Assembly: GCA_010015805.1 (NCBI GenBank)
Contig: ML978126.1
Location: 1,178,001 to 1,242,000 of the forward strand
Length of the DNA: 64,000 nt
Reading direction: 5' to 3'
Source of the DNA: Rhizodiscina lignyota
Taxonomy: Eukaryota
How positions within the stretch are numbered: the first letter of the stretch is position 1; each line of letters begins with the position of its first letter. Of the stretch, positions 19,913 to 32,549 are shown in pieces. The notes below the pieces were generated by a model, which was given only the letters and a program-made list of their open reading frames with translations, searched no databases and was not told where the DNA came from. The position numbers and the translations under genes were made by a program.

Positions 19913-22900
19913 ATGGTGAAGCTTCAGGCAGCCACAGTCTCGACACAGATTGTGAGGAAGAGAAAGAGAAAGACACAAGAAGAGAAACAGGTGGAAGCAG
20001 AAGATGTGCAGCATCTCACAGAGGGTGGCAGTGGGACGTCGACGACCACAGTCCCTACGAAGACCCACGATGGAGGCTCGAAACCTCGACGAACGAAGAA
20101 AGCTGCAGATGGGTCGAAACCACCCCTTGCGCGCCGCAACTCGTCCACTGTAGTCGAATCATCAATTCCATGGCCGCCGCATTTCACAAGCCTTGCGCAG
20201 ACGCATCGAGCCTTGAACCTAGTCTATACCTTCTGTTGTACACGGAAGAGCTTCGCGACAACGTTCGATAATATAAAGTCTACTGTGGAGACACACATAA
20301 AGCGAGAGCTGAAGATTGAGGACGTAGCTCAGATCAAAGCACTGGTCCCGAGGGCAATTCACTTTGTCTATGTGGACGAGAAAATGCTGCAGATCAATCT
20401 GATGGGCGGAGAGAGCGGTGTGCAAGGCAAGAATGCAACCGAATTCTTCGTACCGGATGGGCCGCATCAAGATGATGATAACAAGGAGGTGTTGCTATTC
20501 GAATTTGTGGACGAGGATTTGAAGCGGCAGGTCCAGCATGCAAAAACTGGAGAGCCGACGAATGCCACTAGGAAACTAAGGCAGGAAGACGTCAAGATGC
20601 CCATCTTCAGTCAGAAGTCCATGATGAAGCTTATCGAGAAGCGCAATGCGAAATTCACTTCTGCGGTAAATGCATTCTTGAACCAGTGTGCAGAGGACAA
20701 TATAGATCCTGTGGAAAAGCTGCGCGAGGAGTACTTGGAGTTCGTTCCAACGCCATCTGAAAGTCGAGCAAATACGCCTGGTCTAGAGCAGCGAAGGTCG
20801 AAAGTACCTCCGACGATTCCTACAGAGCGAAAGTCAATACCAGACATCATTGGCGAAATAAAAACTCTCGAATGGTATACCGGCCAGATTGTTCCCGATG
20901 GTCATCGAGTCTTTGACCCGCAGCCTCCAATCTACGGTGATTTGCACTTCCAGCTTTCTCAGAACCTCGTCAATGCCCTTTACAATACACGTGGGATTAC
21001 GCAGCTATATTCACATCAGGCTGAAGCGATCAATAACCTCTACGACGGTCACAATGTCATCGTTTCGACATCCACGAGTTCTGGAAAGTCCTTGATCTAC
21101 CAGATTCCTGTCCTTCATGAGCTTGAACGAGATCACAATACGCGAGCCATGTATATTTTCCCTACTAAAGCTCTTGCCCAGGACCAGCGGCGCAGCCTGA
21201 AGGACCTCCTTCGCTTCATGGATGGCCTGCAAGACACTGTGGTTGAGACATTTGACGGTGATACGCCAATGGCAGATCGCAATCACATCAGGGACGAGGC
21301 TCGGATCATCTTCACGAATCCGGATATGCTGCACATCACTATACTACCACAGGAGAACGCATGGAGATCATTCCTACAGAACTTGAAATTCGTAGTCGTA
21401 GATGAGCTGCACGTCTACAACGGCCTGTTCGGTGCGCATGTTGCACTCATAATGCGAAGACTCCGAAGAATATGTGCCGCAGTGGGCAATCGTCACGTCA
21501 AATTCATCTCTTGTTCGGCAACAGTGGCCAATCCAGAGGAACACATGAAGACCATCTTTGGCGTGGACCAAGTCAGAATGACAGACTTTGACGGTTCTCC
21601 GTCAGGAAGGAAGGAGTTTCTTTGCTGGAACACACCTTTCAAAGATCCTGCGGATCCGACGTCTGGCAGAGGAGACGCGATGGCGGAATCGGCCAAGCTC
21701 TTCTGTCAACTTATCCTACGCGGTGTTCGTGTCATTGCCTTTAATAGGATTAGGAAGCAGTGTGAAGTAATGATGGCTGCAGTTAAGCAGGAGCTAATCA
21801 ACTTGGAACGACCTGAGGTGATGGCGAGAGTCATGTCCTACAGAGGTGGCTATACGCCGCAAGACCGCAGGCAGATTGAGAAGGAGATGTTTGATGGCAA
21901 ACTTATGGGCATCGTCGCAACGAGTGCACTGGAGCTTGGTGTTGACATTGGCTCTCTCGATGCTGTGATAACTGCTGGGTTTCCATATACTATCGCCAAT
22001 CTACGGCAGCAGAGCGGACGCGCTGGACGCCGGAACAAAGATTCGCTCTCCGTTCTTGTTGGCGACTGCTTCCCTACCGACCAATACTTCATGCAGAATC
22101 CGGACGAGATCTTCACTAAGCCGAATTCTGAGCTGCAAGTTGATTTGGAGAACCTGCTTGTGCTTGAAGGCCACGTACAATGTGCGGCATATGAGATGCC
22201 AATTCACCCGGAAGACGACAAGAAATATTTCGGTGACCTGTTGCCAACAATAGCGAACGATCGAATGCGGAAGGACGAGGCGGGCTTCTACCACTGCAAC
22301 GAGCGCTTCCTCCCGCGTCCATCAAAGTTTGTGGCCATCCGCGATACGGAGAACGAGCATTTCGCCATTATCGACACCACAAATGGGCGAAATGTCGTAC
22401 TCGAAGAGCTCGAAGCATCCCGAGCCTTCTTCACCGTATACGAAGGCGCAATTTTCATGCATCAAGGCAACACATATCTCATCAAAGAGTTCTCACAAGA
22501 GCGCATGATGGCGAAAGTCGAGTTTGTGAAGGTCGACTGGATCACCCAGCAGCGCGACTACACAGATACGGATCCCGTGGAGACGGAAGCAATTCGCAAG
22601 ATACCAGGTTCGCTATCACGAGCGTTCTATGGACCGATAAAGATCAAGCAGGTCGTATTTGGCTTCTTCAAGGTCGACAGAAAGGGGAGGATCCTCGACG
22701 CCGTGCAGGTCGATAACCCGCCTATTGTCCTGTTCAGCAAGGGCATGTGGCTAGATGTGCCGAAGAGCGCTCTTGAAATCCTGAACGGCAGGAGACTAAA
22801 CGTCGCAGGCGCAATACACGCAGCGGAGCATGCCATATTGAGCCTGATGCCCAACTTCGTTATATCCATGCCTGGAGACGTGCGAACGGAGTGCAAGAAT

Positions 22901-23404
22901 GCGCTCAAGGAGTTCGCGAAGAAGGAGACTAGCCGAAAGCGTCCAGCACGGTTAACCTTCTATGATGCGAAAGGCGGATCTGGCGGCTCCGGCATCAGCA
23001 CTAAAGCCTTCGAGTTTATTGACTTGCTGCTCAAACAGGCTTGCGAGCGCGTCGCGGCGTGCCATTGCCTGGAGGGATGTCTCGAGTGCTGCTGCGATGA
23101 GCGGTGTAAGGAGAAGAACCAGGTCATGAGCAAGGCTGGCGCCGAAGTGATATTGAAAAGCTTGCTGAACTGGGAGATTGACGTGGACGCACTGCCATGG
23201 GGTGACGAGGAGGCAGTCCCGGCAGGAATTGAGACGGTCATTGCGGCTGAGGAGATTAGACCGGCCAGAGGGACGAGGGTGGAAGTTATTGAGGTTAAAC
23301 GGGGAAACGGTGGGAGGGAGAGGAGTGTTGTTGGCAACATCGATGCTGGCGAGGCGGAAGAAGAGCTTGTTGTGCTTAAAGACGAGGTTGCTGACGATGG
23401 CTAG
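19913..23404 (+). CDS. HRQ1: RecQ4-like DEAH helicase Hrq1
   Basis: LYSHQAEAI, STSTSSGKS (motif I), VVVDELH (II), SAT (III), QQSGRAGRR (VI), and a C-terminal HAAEHA...C...CHCLEGCLEC zinc-binding region. First in-frame ATG is at 19913. Confidence 0.96.
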   Translation: MVKLQAATVSTQIVRKRKRKTQEEKQVEAEDVQHLTEGGSGTSTTTVPTKTHDGGSKPRRTKKAADGSKPPLARRNSSTVVESSIPWPPHFTSLAQTHRALNLVYTFCCTRKSFATTFDNIKSTVETHIKRELKIEDVAQIKALVPRAIHFVYVDEKMLQINLMGGESGVQGKNATEFFVPDGPHQDDDNKEVLLFEFVDEDLKRQVQHAKTGEPTNATRKLRQEDVKMPIFSQKSMMKLIEKRNAKFTSAVNAFLNQCAEDNIDPVEKLREEYLEFVPTPSESRANTPGLEQRRSKVPPTIPTERKSIPDIIGEIKTLEWYTGQIVPDGHRVFDPQPPIYGDLHFQLSQNLVNALYNTRGITQLYSHQAEAINNLYDGHNVIVSTSTSSGKSLIYQIPVLHELERDHNTRAMYIFPTKALAQDQRRSLKDLLRFMDGLQDTVVETFDGDTPMADRNHIRDEARIIFTNPDMLHITILPQENAWRSFLQNLKFVVVDELHVYNGLFGAHVALIMRRLRRICAAVGNRHVKFISCSATVANPEEHMKTIFGVDQVRMTDFDGSPSGRKEFLCWNTPFKDPADPTSGRGDAMAESAKLFCQLILRGVRVIAFNRIRKQCEVMMAAVKQELINLERPEVMARVMSYRGGYTPQDRRQIEKEMFDGKLMGIVATSALELGVDIGSLDAVITAGFPYTIANLRQQSGRAGRRNKDSLSVLVGDCFPTDQYFMQNPDEIFTKPNSELQVDLENLLVLEGHVQCAAYEMPIHPEDDKKYFGDLLPTIANDRMRKDEAGFYHCNERFLPRPSKFVAIRDTENEHFAIIDTTNGRNVVLEELEASRAFFTVYEGAIFMHQGNTYLIKEFSQERMMAKVEFVKVDWITQQRDYTDTDPVETEAIRKIPGSLSRAFYGPIKIKQVVFGFFKVDRKGRILDAVQVDNPPIVLFSKGMWLDVPKSALEILNGRRLNVAGAIHAAEHAILSLMPNFVISMPGDVRTECKNALKEFAKKETSRKRPARLTFYDAKGGSGGSGISTKAFEFIDLLLKQACERVAACHCLEGCLECCCDERCKEKNQVMSKAGAEVILKSLLNWEIDVDALPWGDEEAVPAGIETVIAAEEIRPARGTRVEVIEVKRGNGGRERSVVGNIDAGEAEEELVVLKDEVADDG

Positions 23405-25796
23405 CTCTTGTCCCCAAGGAAGAGCGAAATGATGTTGACGCTGATTATGTGACACGAAGCAAATGAGAGCAAGAAAACGATGGGGTTGCACATATCGATA
23501 CAATGTAACTATAGGAGGAACCGAATATATCAATCTTACTGAGGACACTGGGTGCGAAAGGCCATGACAGCTTCGCAGAATGTGACCATTACCGTTGTCC
23601 GGAAGCCGTACCCTCCTTAACGGCTGATATCCGACATCGGTTATACTAAAGACGTCAGGCATATTGAGATTTGTGTGGTCGTGATGAACCAAAAGACCAA
23701 CGAGGCCTTCACCTATAAGCTTGCGCTTAAACCGTTCAACGTACCTGAAGATGCAGGAGCATGAAGCTACAAAGAGCGCAGAGGCCTCGCCAGATGATGG
23801 AAGAATCAGCAACGAGGACAGCGAGCTGGTCGAGAACCAAAACTTTCGAAGGGATTGAGTCTTGGTGGAACGACAGCAAAAGAGATCTTCCTCCTGCTAC
23901 CCCGCTGAGAAGACGTGGTCAAAGTCCAGCGAGATCACCGCAGACAAAACTTCCAGAGAAATCCACTCCCTTAGAGTCCGCATCATCATTTAGTGCTGGT
24001 TCTGGACTTGGTGCAGGAATGGGGCCGAACACAATGTTCTTCAGACGACTGTATGTTCCTGGCGCCCCTGAAAGTCCTTTGTCGCTCCCGAACACTGAAG
24101 TGACCTTCCCCAACAGCAAGATACCTCATACAAACATACTAAAGCATGCGCTGGATGCATGGAAGGAGTTAAAGCGACTTACGGGAAACACCACGTCAGT
24201 CTACGGAATTGCTGGACATTAGCTCGATAGGCCAATGCAGAACGTCACTTGGCCGCTTCGTTGATCATCCTCACTAGCTCTCAGAGCTACTGAGAAGTGT
24301 GTGATTCAGCCCACCTTGTTACTGAACACCGACGCGCTACGCGTTGGTTGAACATCGCCTAACGCCGAGGCCCATCTTCGCAACGTCCTGTCGGCCAGAG
24401 TGCACACGCCCACAAGCAATACGAGAGCATGATCATGCACCAGTCTAACAGCTCGAAAAGGCAGCATCGTTCCCTTCGGGTTTGCTAACATTCATGCGGT
24501 GCTCTCGAGTCGCTTGGACGCGTCTGCCTCAGACATCGACACCTCGCCGGTCTCGCCGAGGAACAAGGGGTTGGGCGTGTCTCAGTCTTCAGGTCAACTT
24601 TCTCATGGTGTTGAATAATCGAAGGGGAGGTATGGTGAGCTCGTGTGTAGGTAAGAGAGCTTTGACTGTCGGTTTTGAAGAAGGTAAAGTAGGTTGCATG
24701 ACAGTCCTCCGACACGAAGGCCAACGTCAGTCAAAAGAGTCCAATGACGGTACAATTGAAGGTGACTGTGATAAACTCAGGCGCCGCAAAGCCTGAATTT
24801 GCGATTGCCTGGTCTCAAGCAACCCCATCGACCTTTGTAAAGAAGGGCATGAAGCCATCGAAACGTCGTGGAGCCTCGCGTTCGATGTGGCCGGAATCTG
24901 CCCTAGCCAGCCGCGGACTCGGGAAAATATTTGATGACTTGTGAGTTTCGTTCGGTTTCCTAGGCACCGCTCTTCACACGATTACGTGAAGGATTTCCTC
25001 GACGAGACACAAATCCAGAAGCCGTGAAAATGTTGCAATGTATGACTAAATCTACGGGAACCGAAAGGAAAATACGTAGCTGCTCGACGGAGTGTGAGAG
25101 TCTGGGTCCTACGCAAAGGCCAAGTCGGTGGGGCTTCTGGAAGATCCGACGAAAGATCATCCCCGAGCCGTGGAGTGCCCCTGAGGTGCTCCACCTCGAC
25201 TTGCCCATCACAAAAGAGATGGCGGGAGTGCCGAACGTCGATGTCTCCACAGTCGATCTCAGCAGTCGCCCAAGAAAGCAACGCCTTTTCTCCGTTTTCT
25301 CACCTGCAGGCCGGGGCGGGGCCAAGCATGCCGTGCCGCGGCGCAATCCCTGCGCACTTGGACGACGGCGTCTTTGACGAAGTGACATCGAGCGCTTACG
25401 GGCAGAAGCCAAAAAAAGCTTGTCTAGACGATACCACAGTAACTCTCGACTCTCCGAAGCTACGCAACTGTGCATTTGCACATTGCTCGCATGCTATAGT
25501 GCTAGCGCTTGTTATTCTTGTCCCGTTTGCGGATTCGTGGGTTGCAGAAAGATTTGGTATCATTGCTCCAACAGTCACCTGCTACTTCGAGGGTTGGCGA
25601 TTTGAATTTACATCTGCAGCGCAATATGCATGCAACAGCTCGTATTTCCCCACTGTTACCTTCCCCACGATCCTTCATGCACATTATCGTTCCTTCCGTC
25701 TCATTTCAGATCCTCATCTCACGTGACTCGTCCCAAACTCTCCCTTCAGTCATACTCGCAAATGGCATCCGCAAAAGCAACAAATCGATTCAGAAC

Positions 25797-27577
25797 CTAG
25801 TGTACTGACCCCTAAATTGAGAGCATGTTAGCACAGTCCTATTAAATTCCGTGGTTGCGCGACAGGATAGCGTACCTTTCTCTCAACATCGGCAACAATC
25901 TCGGTGGCGAGAGTGCCCTTGTCGGTCATACCCATATCAGCAGCGAAAGTGCTGTGCGGCACCCACTTGCTTGAAGTGCGGGGGGTAGTCTCCTCAAGCA
26001 TGCGGTCGACCTGCTCGAGAGAGAGACCCTTGGTCTCCGGGATGAGGATGTAGGCATAGACGAAGCAGCAAGCGCAGAGCGAGCCCCAGATGAAGAAGAC
26101 GCGGGCGCCCAAGTTGCCCTTGTCGGCATCGACCATGTATGGGGTGATGACGGCGATGATGCAGTTCCAGAGCCAGTTGGAGGCGGTGGAGAGAGCGACA
26201 CCACGGGAGCGGATGGGCAGAGGGTAGATCTCACCGATGACGACCCATGCACCAGGACCCCAGGTAGAGGCGAAGAAGAAGACGTAGATGCAGATGAAGG
26301 AGATCATGGCAGAGATGGGGGCCTTGCTCTGGTCCGTGGTAACACCGACGATGGCGACGATGAACTGGCAGATGACCATACCAAGGGCGCCCCAGATGAG
26401 GAGCGGGCGACGGCCGAACTTCTCAATGGTGTAGAAGGAAATCGGGGTGGAGAGGACGTTGACAATGGTTGTGATCATGGAGATGAGGAAGGGGTTGTTA
26501 ATGGTGCCAAGAGTCTGGAAGAAGGTGGTACCGAAGTAGAAGACGAAGTTGACACCAGTCCACTGCTGCATCATCTGGAGAGAAGTACCGAGGATAGTGC
26601 GGCGCAAGTTGCTGCTAGGCTTCCTGAGGCCACCGCGGAAGCAGTTGAACCAGGAGTTGAGGAAGCTGCCCTGAGGGATGACCTGGAGCTCGTACTCGTG
26701 GTTGGCGATGATTTCGGACAACTCCTGCTGGATGAACTCAGAGTCGCGCGGCTGGCCACGGAGACGGGCGAGCACGTCGGTGGCGCGCTCAATGTTGCCG
26801 CGCTTGACAAAGTAGCGAGGAGACTCTGGGAGGAAGAGAAGACCGATGCCGAGAATCAGGGCCCAGAGCATCTGAAGGGCAATGGGGATGCGATATGAAC
26901 CGCTGTCAGTGCGGTTCTGGGTGCCATAGTCGATGCAGGAGGCCATCATAAGACCGATGGTGATGAAGAACTGGTAGCCAGAGACAATGGCACCACGGAC
27001 CTTGCGGGGTGCAATCTCGGACATGTACAGGACGATGATGGCAGAGACGAAGCCAACGCCGAAACCAGCAATGAGACGACCAGTAACGATCAAGCCGAGG
27101 CCGCTAGCAGAGGCAGTCTGGAGAATGACACCGACGAGGAAGATAACGCAGCCAACAATGATGGTGGTGCGGCGACCAATGAAGTCTGCGACATCACCAG
27201 CAATGATAGCGCCAAAGAAGGTACCAGCGGAGAGAATAGAGACGATCAGAGACTTCTTCCACGAGGGAAGAGTCCAGACGGTAGTGTCGCCCGAGTCGGA
27301 GTATGGCAGACCAGTTTGCATCTGCGCGCATACCGTTGTGTTAGCCGAGCCCTCGAAACATTGCGGGGAAATTTGCAACAGAAGCGTTGCTGCAGGCGCC
27401 ACTTACGTGGATGTAGTAGTTCATGCCCAAGACGCCGTTGATGTAGCCCGAGTCGTATCCGAAGTAGATACCACCGAAGGCAGCAAAGGCGCACATGAGG
27501 TACGTCTTGACGGTGACGGGCGCCTCGACGCGGTCGACATCAGTCGTCGCGGAGAGAGTGACTCCTCCGCCAGGCAT
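25797..27577 (-). CDS. MFS hexose transporter (sugar porter; high-affinity glucose transporter-like), 3 exons
   Basis: FGYDSGYINGV, DFIGRR, GRLIAGFGVG, SEIAPRKVRG, PESPR, QQWTGVNF and PETKG motifs. The last intron yields the C-terminus ..ERK|GSVH* with the stop ending at 25797. Confidence 0.95.
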
Positions 27578-29599
27578 GATGGGCGATTGGCGTGTGCTTC
27601 TCTTGTTGTTGTTGTAGAATAGAAGGCGAGCAGCAGCTCGAAGAGTGAGTGTTTATATTAAAAAGTGTCTGAGTGAGAGAAGAGGTCGCGCTCCTCGCTG
27701 TCTGGCTGCCCCAGGTTCGCAGAAGCTGGAGAGGGATGGAGATGGAGATGGGAGCGCTGGCACGGGGATCTGGGGATGCTTTATTGTCTTGCAGCTCTCG
27801 CGTGTCACCCAGCGATCACGCTCAGCGCGGCCGGGTGGCACGTCTCTGCTGGACGCAGCAAATTCACAATTCCAACGCGGTGGAGCATTTCATTCACCAC
27901 GCACCCCTGTCCCGGCAACCGTGTGACCAGGAATGCCCCCGCAGCCGAGGCGCGCCCGTGCGCCGCGCATTGAGTGCCTCTCTCTGCCCTCAGCGGCTCA
28001 GGAACTCGTACATCGAAGCACTGGCACCGCACTGGCTGGCTTGCCACACATGCAATGTTCCCCAGCAGCTGACCGGCAGATCGCAGCAGGAATGGCAGCT
28101 CCTTTGTTCGGCCCAGCACAATTCCTTTGATGCGCGACGCCGCGACTCTGCCTTTTCACCGCCGAAGCACCTCTTCAGCCCGTCGGCAGCCTTCCACCTT
28201 CTGGCACGGCCACGGCGCCATCACGCGGCTCAAAACTTCAGAAGCGCGTGACGGCCGGTCTGCCAGACTATCGCGGTGGATCTCCGCTATCTGAGCCCCT
28301 TCTCTGCGGCCTCCGAGAGCTCGACGGTTCGGTGGCAGCAAGAGCCAGGAAAGCTGTCTAGGACCCAAGCTGATCAGTTCCCGATCAAGGTTACATCAAG
28401 CGTCTGCGCGACCAACCTCTCGACGAACTCGCCTCGCATCCCGGCTTGCCAAGTCCAGGCCATTGCAGCTGCCGCTGAGGTGGATGGCTGCAACGGCAGC
28501 CCCTGAATGGTGGCCACAGTCACGATGAGAGCGCCTCTGCGGAGTGCTTTCGCCATCCCCACATTCGAGTCGACCAGCTTAGCCTGCTTCGAGCATGGCG
28601 CGCAATTTCTATGCGTGCGAATGATGTGCTTGTGATGCTTATTGCCTTTCAAACTTGGCAGTTGCCTCACCGAGACGGCACCTCGGCCTCCCGATTTCAA
28701 GAATTCGGAGGTCCACTTTTGAAAATCTCTTCAAATTTTCGTGGTTGAGAGTGTCGACGCCGTCGAGATGCTCAATGAACTATTCGCCGTTCGAGACCCT
28801 ACCGATACTCCGGACCCGCGACACGAGGTTTCAACTTGCCAGATCACGAAAGTACCATCGGACAGGGAGCCCTGCCGTGTCATCCAGATCCGTGTAATGG
28901 AACCGTGATTGCAGGTGCGGATCCCTTTGGGAGGTATCCATGAGATGATGCGCTCGGCAGAACCGACCACCCTCACCAGTCACTGTTCGCACTTTTGCCT
29001 TTCAGCGCCCACCCTGCTGCGTGTGGTCTGCTCATTAGATTGGCTACTAAACTCCAATAGCCACCGTGGCCACTGCTCTATGTCTGTGGCTCAGTAAGCG
29101 GTAAAGTTGTTCTATCTGAACAGCCTGTATCCTGAGGCGTCTTGTCGCCTCCAATCACCCCGGAGGATTTCCGAGATCATTTCGGAGCCTCAACAGATAA
29201 CTACATGCTTAGTGCATCGTGTCCGTTTAAGCCGCCAAACCGGATGTCCTTAGGACCGCGGCCAAAGCAATGTCCCAATCACGATCGGGAGCTATTCGCA
29301 AACTAGCCTCATCACTCGGCCGTTCCCCTAGAAATCCCTGGAATGTGTCTTAGGATGCCGACCTTCTAGAAGCTCGCTAAAGCTTCCATAAGCTGGGGTG
29401 TGATGGGATTCACCCGTACCCGTAATATGGAGAAATAGCATTCCTTCCATCGCTGCATCGCACCCATCTTGATCCTGTCAAACATGGCACCTTGTCCCTT
29501 CCGAACGGCCGAATGCACGATCTCGCGAATGACATCCATCTCAATAGCTGTCACCTGTAACATCCATCTGCTTCAGCACCCTTTGACTCTCCAACACGA

Positions 29600-32340
29600 G
29601 CGCGATTTTTTCTAGAAGCCTTCTAGCGGCTTGGGCCTCCCCCCGTACTCCAGGTGTTCGGGCTCGCATACACTTGTTCCCCAGTTTTACTGTTTCCCAT
29701 CCTGCTCGATGTGCAGCGAACACCTAGCGATGGATCATGATTGACAGGGACGCTCTCGTCTCAAGCCGTCTGATACTGATTGCGCGATATGCGCCCTCTC
29801 AGTGTACAGAACAGCGGCGGGGCTCGTCTACATCCCAGCCTCGCATCCTCGCCTGGGTCTTCACTGGACGGAGAAAGTAGCACAGATTCGCCGTCGCGGC
29901 GTCAATCTGCTCTATCTCTTAGCCACCCTCGTACTGCTTTGATGACACAGCATACTAAAGAGCTTGTTTTGGCTGTGGTGGTGCTATTGATTATCGCACA
30001 ATGGGCGCTTCGACTCCATCGAGAACAGTGATGCCCTTCCCCCACCATTCACCACCCGTATACTTGAACATTATCTCTCCTTCCGGGTGAATGGAGTGAA
30101 GCTCAGGCCAGTTTTACTTGGTCGCAGCCCGATCTATCTTTGAGATATCATTCTCAGAGGCGAGGCCGATGGCTGACTGGCTCGGGCCGCCTTTAGAAAA
30201 AGCCTCATGTTTGCTGACCGGTATGGCTTCGGTTTTAGCCGATTCCTTTTGACTTTCTCAACGTTTCCGAGCTTGTGAAGTTGTTCGTTCGTATGTGCAG
30301 ACACGAGATCTCAACATTGCGCTTTGCCTCTATCTCTTTATCGAGTGCGACATGTGCACGAGAAGGTCCAACGGCGACCGTTTGCTGGTCAAGCACGGGC
30401 TGCGGGACTGTGGAGCACATTGGCCTGCTCACAGTGCATGGCGCTGAGACAATAGAGGATGCAGTCTTGGTCAGTTTGATGGCTGCCATGAGTCCATTAT
30501 GAGCAATAGCCTGAGTTGTCAATGGCAATGTTGCCATGACTGCGATTCTGCGATGAGAGCTGTCCCCAGGTAGTGCCATCGGTCTTGCGCATCGAATCTC
30601 GCTGACTGGTAATGCCCACTGCGCAAAGGGACTTCGTTGGAATACGCCCACTGATTGACATCTTCAACCTTACTCCTTACGATGCTTGCGACCTTCATGC
30701 TTTGGCTGCGAGAAGTAGCAATCAGGGCGTGCCAGTAAGACGATGGAAAGGTGATGAAAGCATTGATAGATTCAAATGATCATCGAATTAGATTCATCCA
30801 ACCCTCGTCTCGGATATGATACAACATCGGTTAATAGCCCTCCACGCTGGACTCGCGATCTCACCGAAGTACTCGAGAAAGTCATCCTTCAACCCAGCTC
30901 TTAGACAGCAGACAGCACTGCAAGCAGTCCCGATCACCTCTCAACAAAGGCTTGTACAGAATCTTGTTCGCGAGTTCCAGCGCCACACATCTCCTCAACT
31001 TCGGGCCCTTGATGATGCGGAAGTCTTTGCCCAGAACTTGAAGTGAAATGCTCTGCTCCCCCTCCGCAGCCAGTTCCGGAACATCCATGATAGTGATACA
31101 CTGTTTCATGGAAGAATGCGCCAAGCAGTCAATCCACCCTCTTGCGTGATCCAGCTTCGATATGCCAGCCCTTGGCTCAATTCGCAGCGGCTGCAGAGGG
31201 GCTGGGTGGTGTGCTGTCGCCCTGAGGTCGGCTGAGTTCACAGCATAACTCGAGATCTGTTGCAGTCTCTGTGGCACTCGGATTTGCCTGAGAGTAGGCG
31301 TGGATGCTGCCGAACACCGCTTCGGAAGACGTTCTGCTCGGGCCGTCGAGCGTTAGCGACCTGGTCAAATGGATTCCTGTGGTGTTCGATGCTGCCGGGC
31401 AGGACATGCAGCTTTCTGCTCGCATCTAGGTTGTCAGAGAGGCCGGAGTTAGAAAAGACTGGTGGCATCTTCTAAGACGTATGTCTTTGTCGTAAGTTTC
31501 CAATCTCTCGCTTGCACGGCCGGGGCGTTCTGTTCGTCGGTCCGCTGGCGCTCAAATATTAAGACCAGTTGCGGATCTCCAGTTTCATGGTTAGGATACA
31601 GCTCAGCGCCCTCGACGCTGCGGATTACCACTCGAAGATCAAACAGCCATTCTGCGGCAGCTGCAAGCCAGCCGGCAGCATTCTCGCCAATTATCGTCAT
31701 CGAAGCCATGTTGCCCTGAGAGACATCTCCCGTTGCTCGCAATGCTGCAGCCACAGACTGCGGGCTGGCGCAACTCCTTCTCGTTGCCCTTGTGACGCAA
31801 AACTCGTTTGAAGAGGTACCACCAACCGTATGGACTGAGTTGTGCCTGCTTCTCCACCCGGACGCGAAGGTCAGATCTTGCGAAGACTCCGTTCGTTGCA
31901 TGTAATAGTGTCTTCTATTGCAGAGTCGAAGGTGTTATTTCTGGAGGTGCCTTAGAGACTTGACTAATTCACTGAAAACCTCGGACAATACGTCTTCGTG
32001 ATAACACTCTGATAGTACGCCGCATAATGAAAGACACATGAGGCCTTGATCGGTCAATAGCATGACACGCATGATGTGTTTGCAACGAATACCAGCCGTA
32101 GCACATTCCCAAAGGAGCCATGAGAAGTTCCCTTAAGACGTTTTGGCAGCCGACGACGGAGAGAGCAATCTGCGTGCAGATGAGCCGTCCGAGCTCGAGC
32201 GTATGAGAATCAACATTTGAGGCAGAATAACGCGAGAGCACATAAATGGAGAAGGAGACTGGTCGTTTAGCAAGCAGGCTCCAGTCAACGGTCCCCTGCT
32301 GCTGGAAGCCGCCGGAATTTCGTGCTGGTGTGGACATCAC
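29600..32340 (-). pseudogene. Disrupted member of a fungal hypothetical protein family
   Basis: Protein-like segments lie in different frames: MSTPARNSGGFQQQGTVDWSLLAK..VLSRYSASNVD; KHIMRVMLLTDQGLMCLSLCGVLSECYHEDV; APPEITPSTLQ*; SPQSVAAALR..IIGENAAGWLAAAAEWLFDLRV. They are joined by frameshifts and an in-frame TAG, with no obvious splice sites. The 3' limit is uncertain. Confidence 0.6.
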
Positions 32341-32549
32341 GGAGAGAAGGATACCCACAAGTGAAGATACTAAGTATTGAAAAAAGTGAAAAGTTGAAAA
32401 TCACTTAACGATTGTGCCTAGACAGAGTGCTACGAGGAAAGACGAGGCGCAAGGCTGAATACAGATGCAGAGTCTTATCACTCATTCCCGTATCGTGCGT
32501 CTTGATGCAGTAGACAATTCTTCTACAAGACGATACAACCGACTTTTGT

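Noticed and set aside
23450..25750. ORFs of 60-210 aa between HRQ1 and the transporter
   Set aside because: No recognisable domain and no consistent splice model on either strand. It may hide a degenerate or lineage-specific gene, but this cannot be supported.
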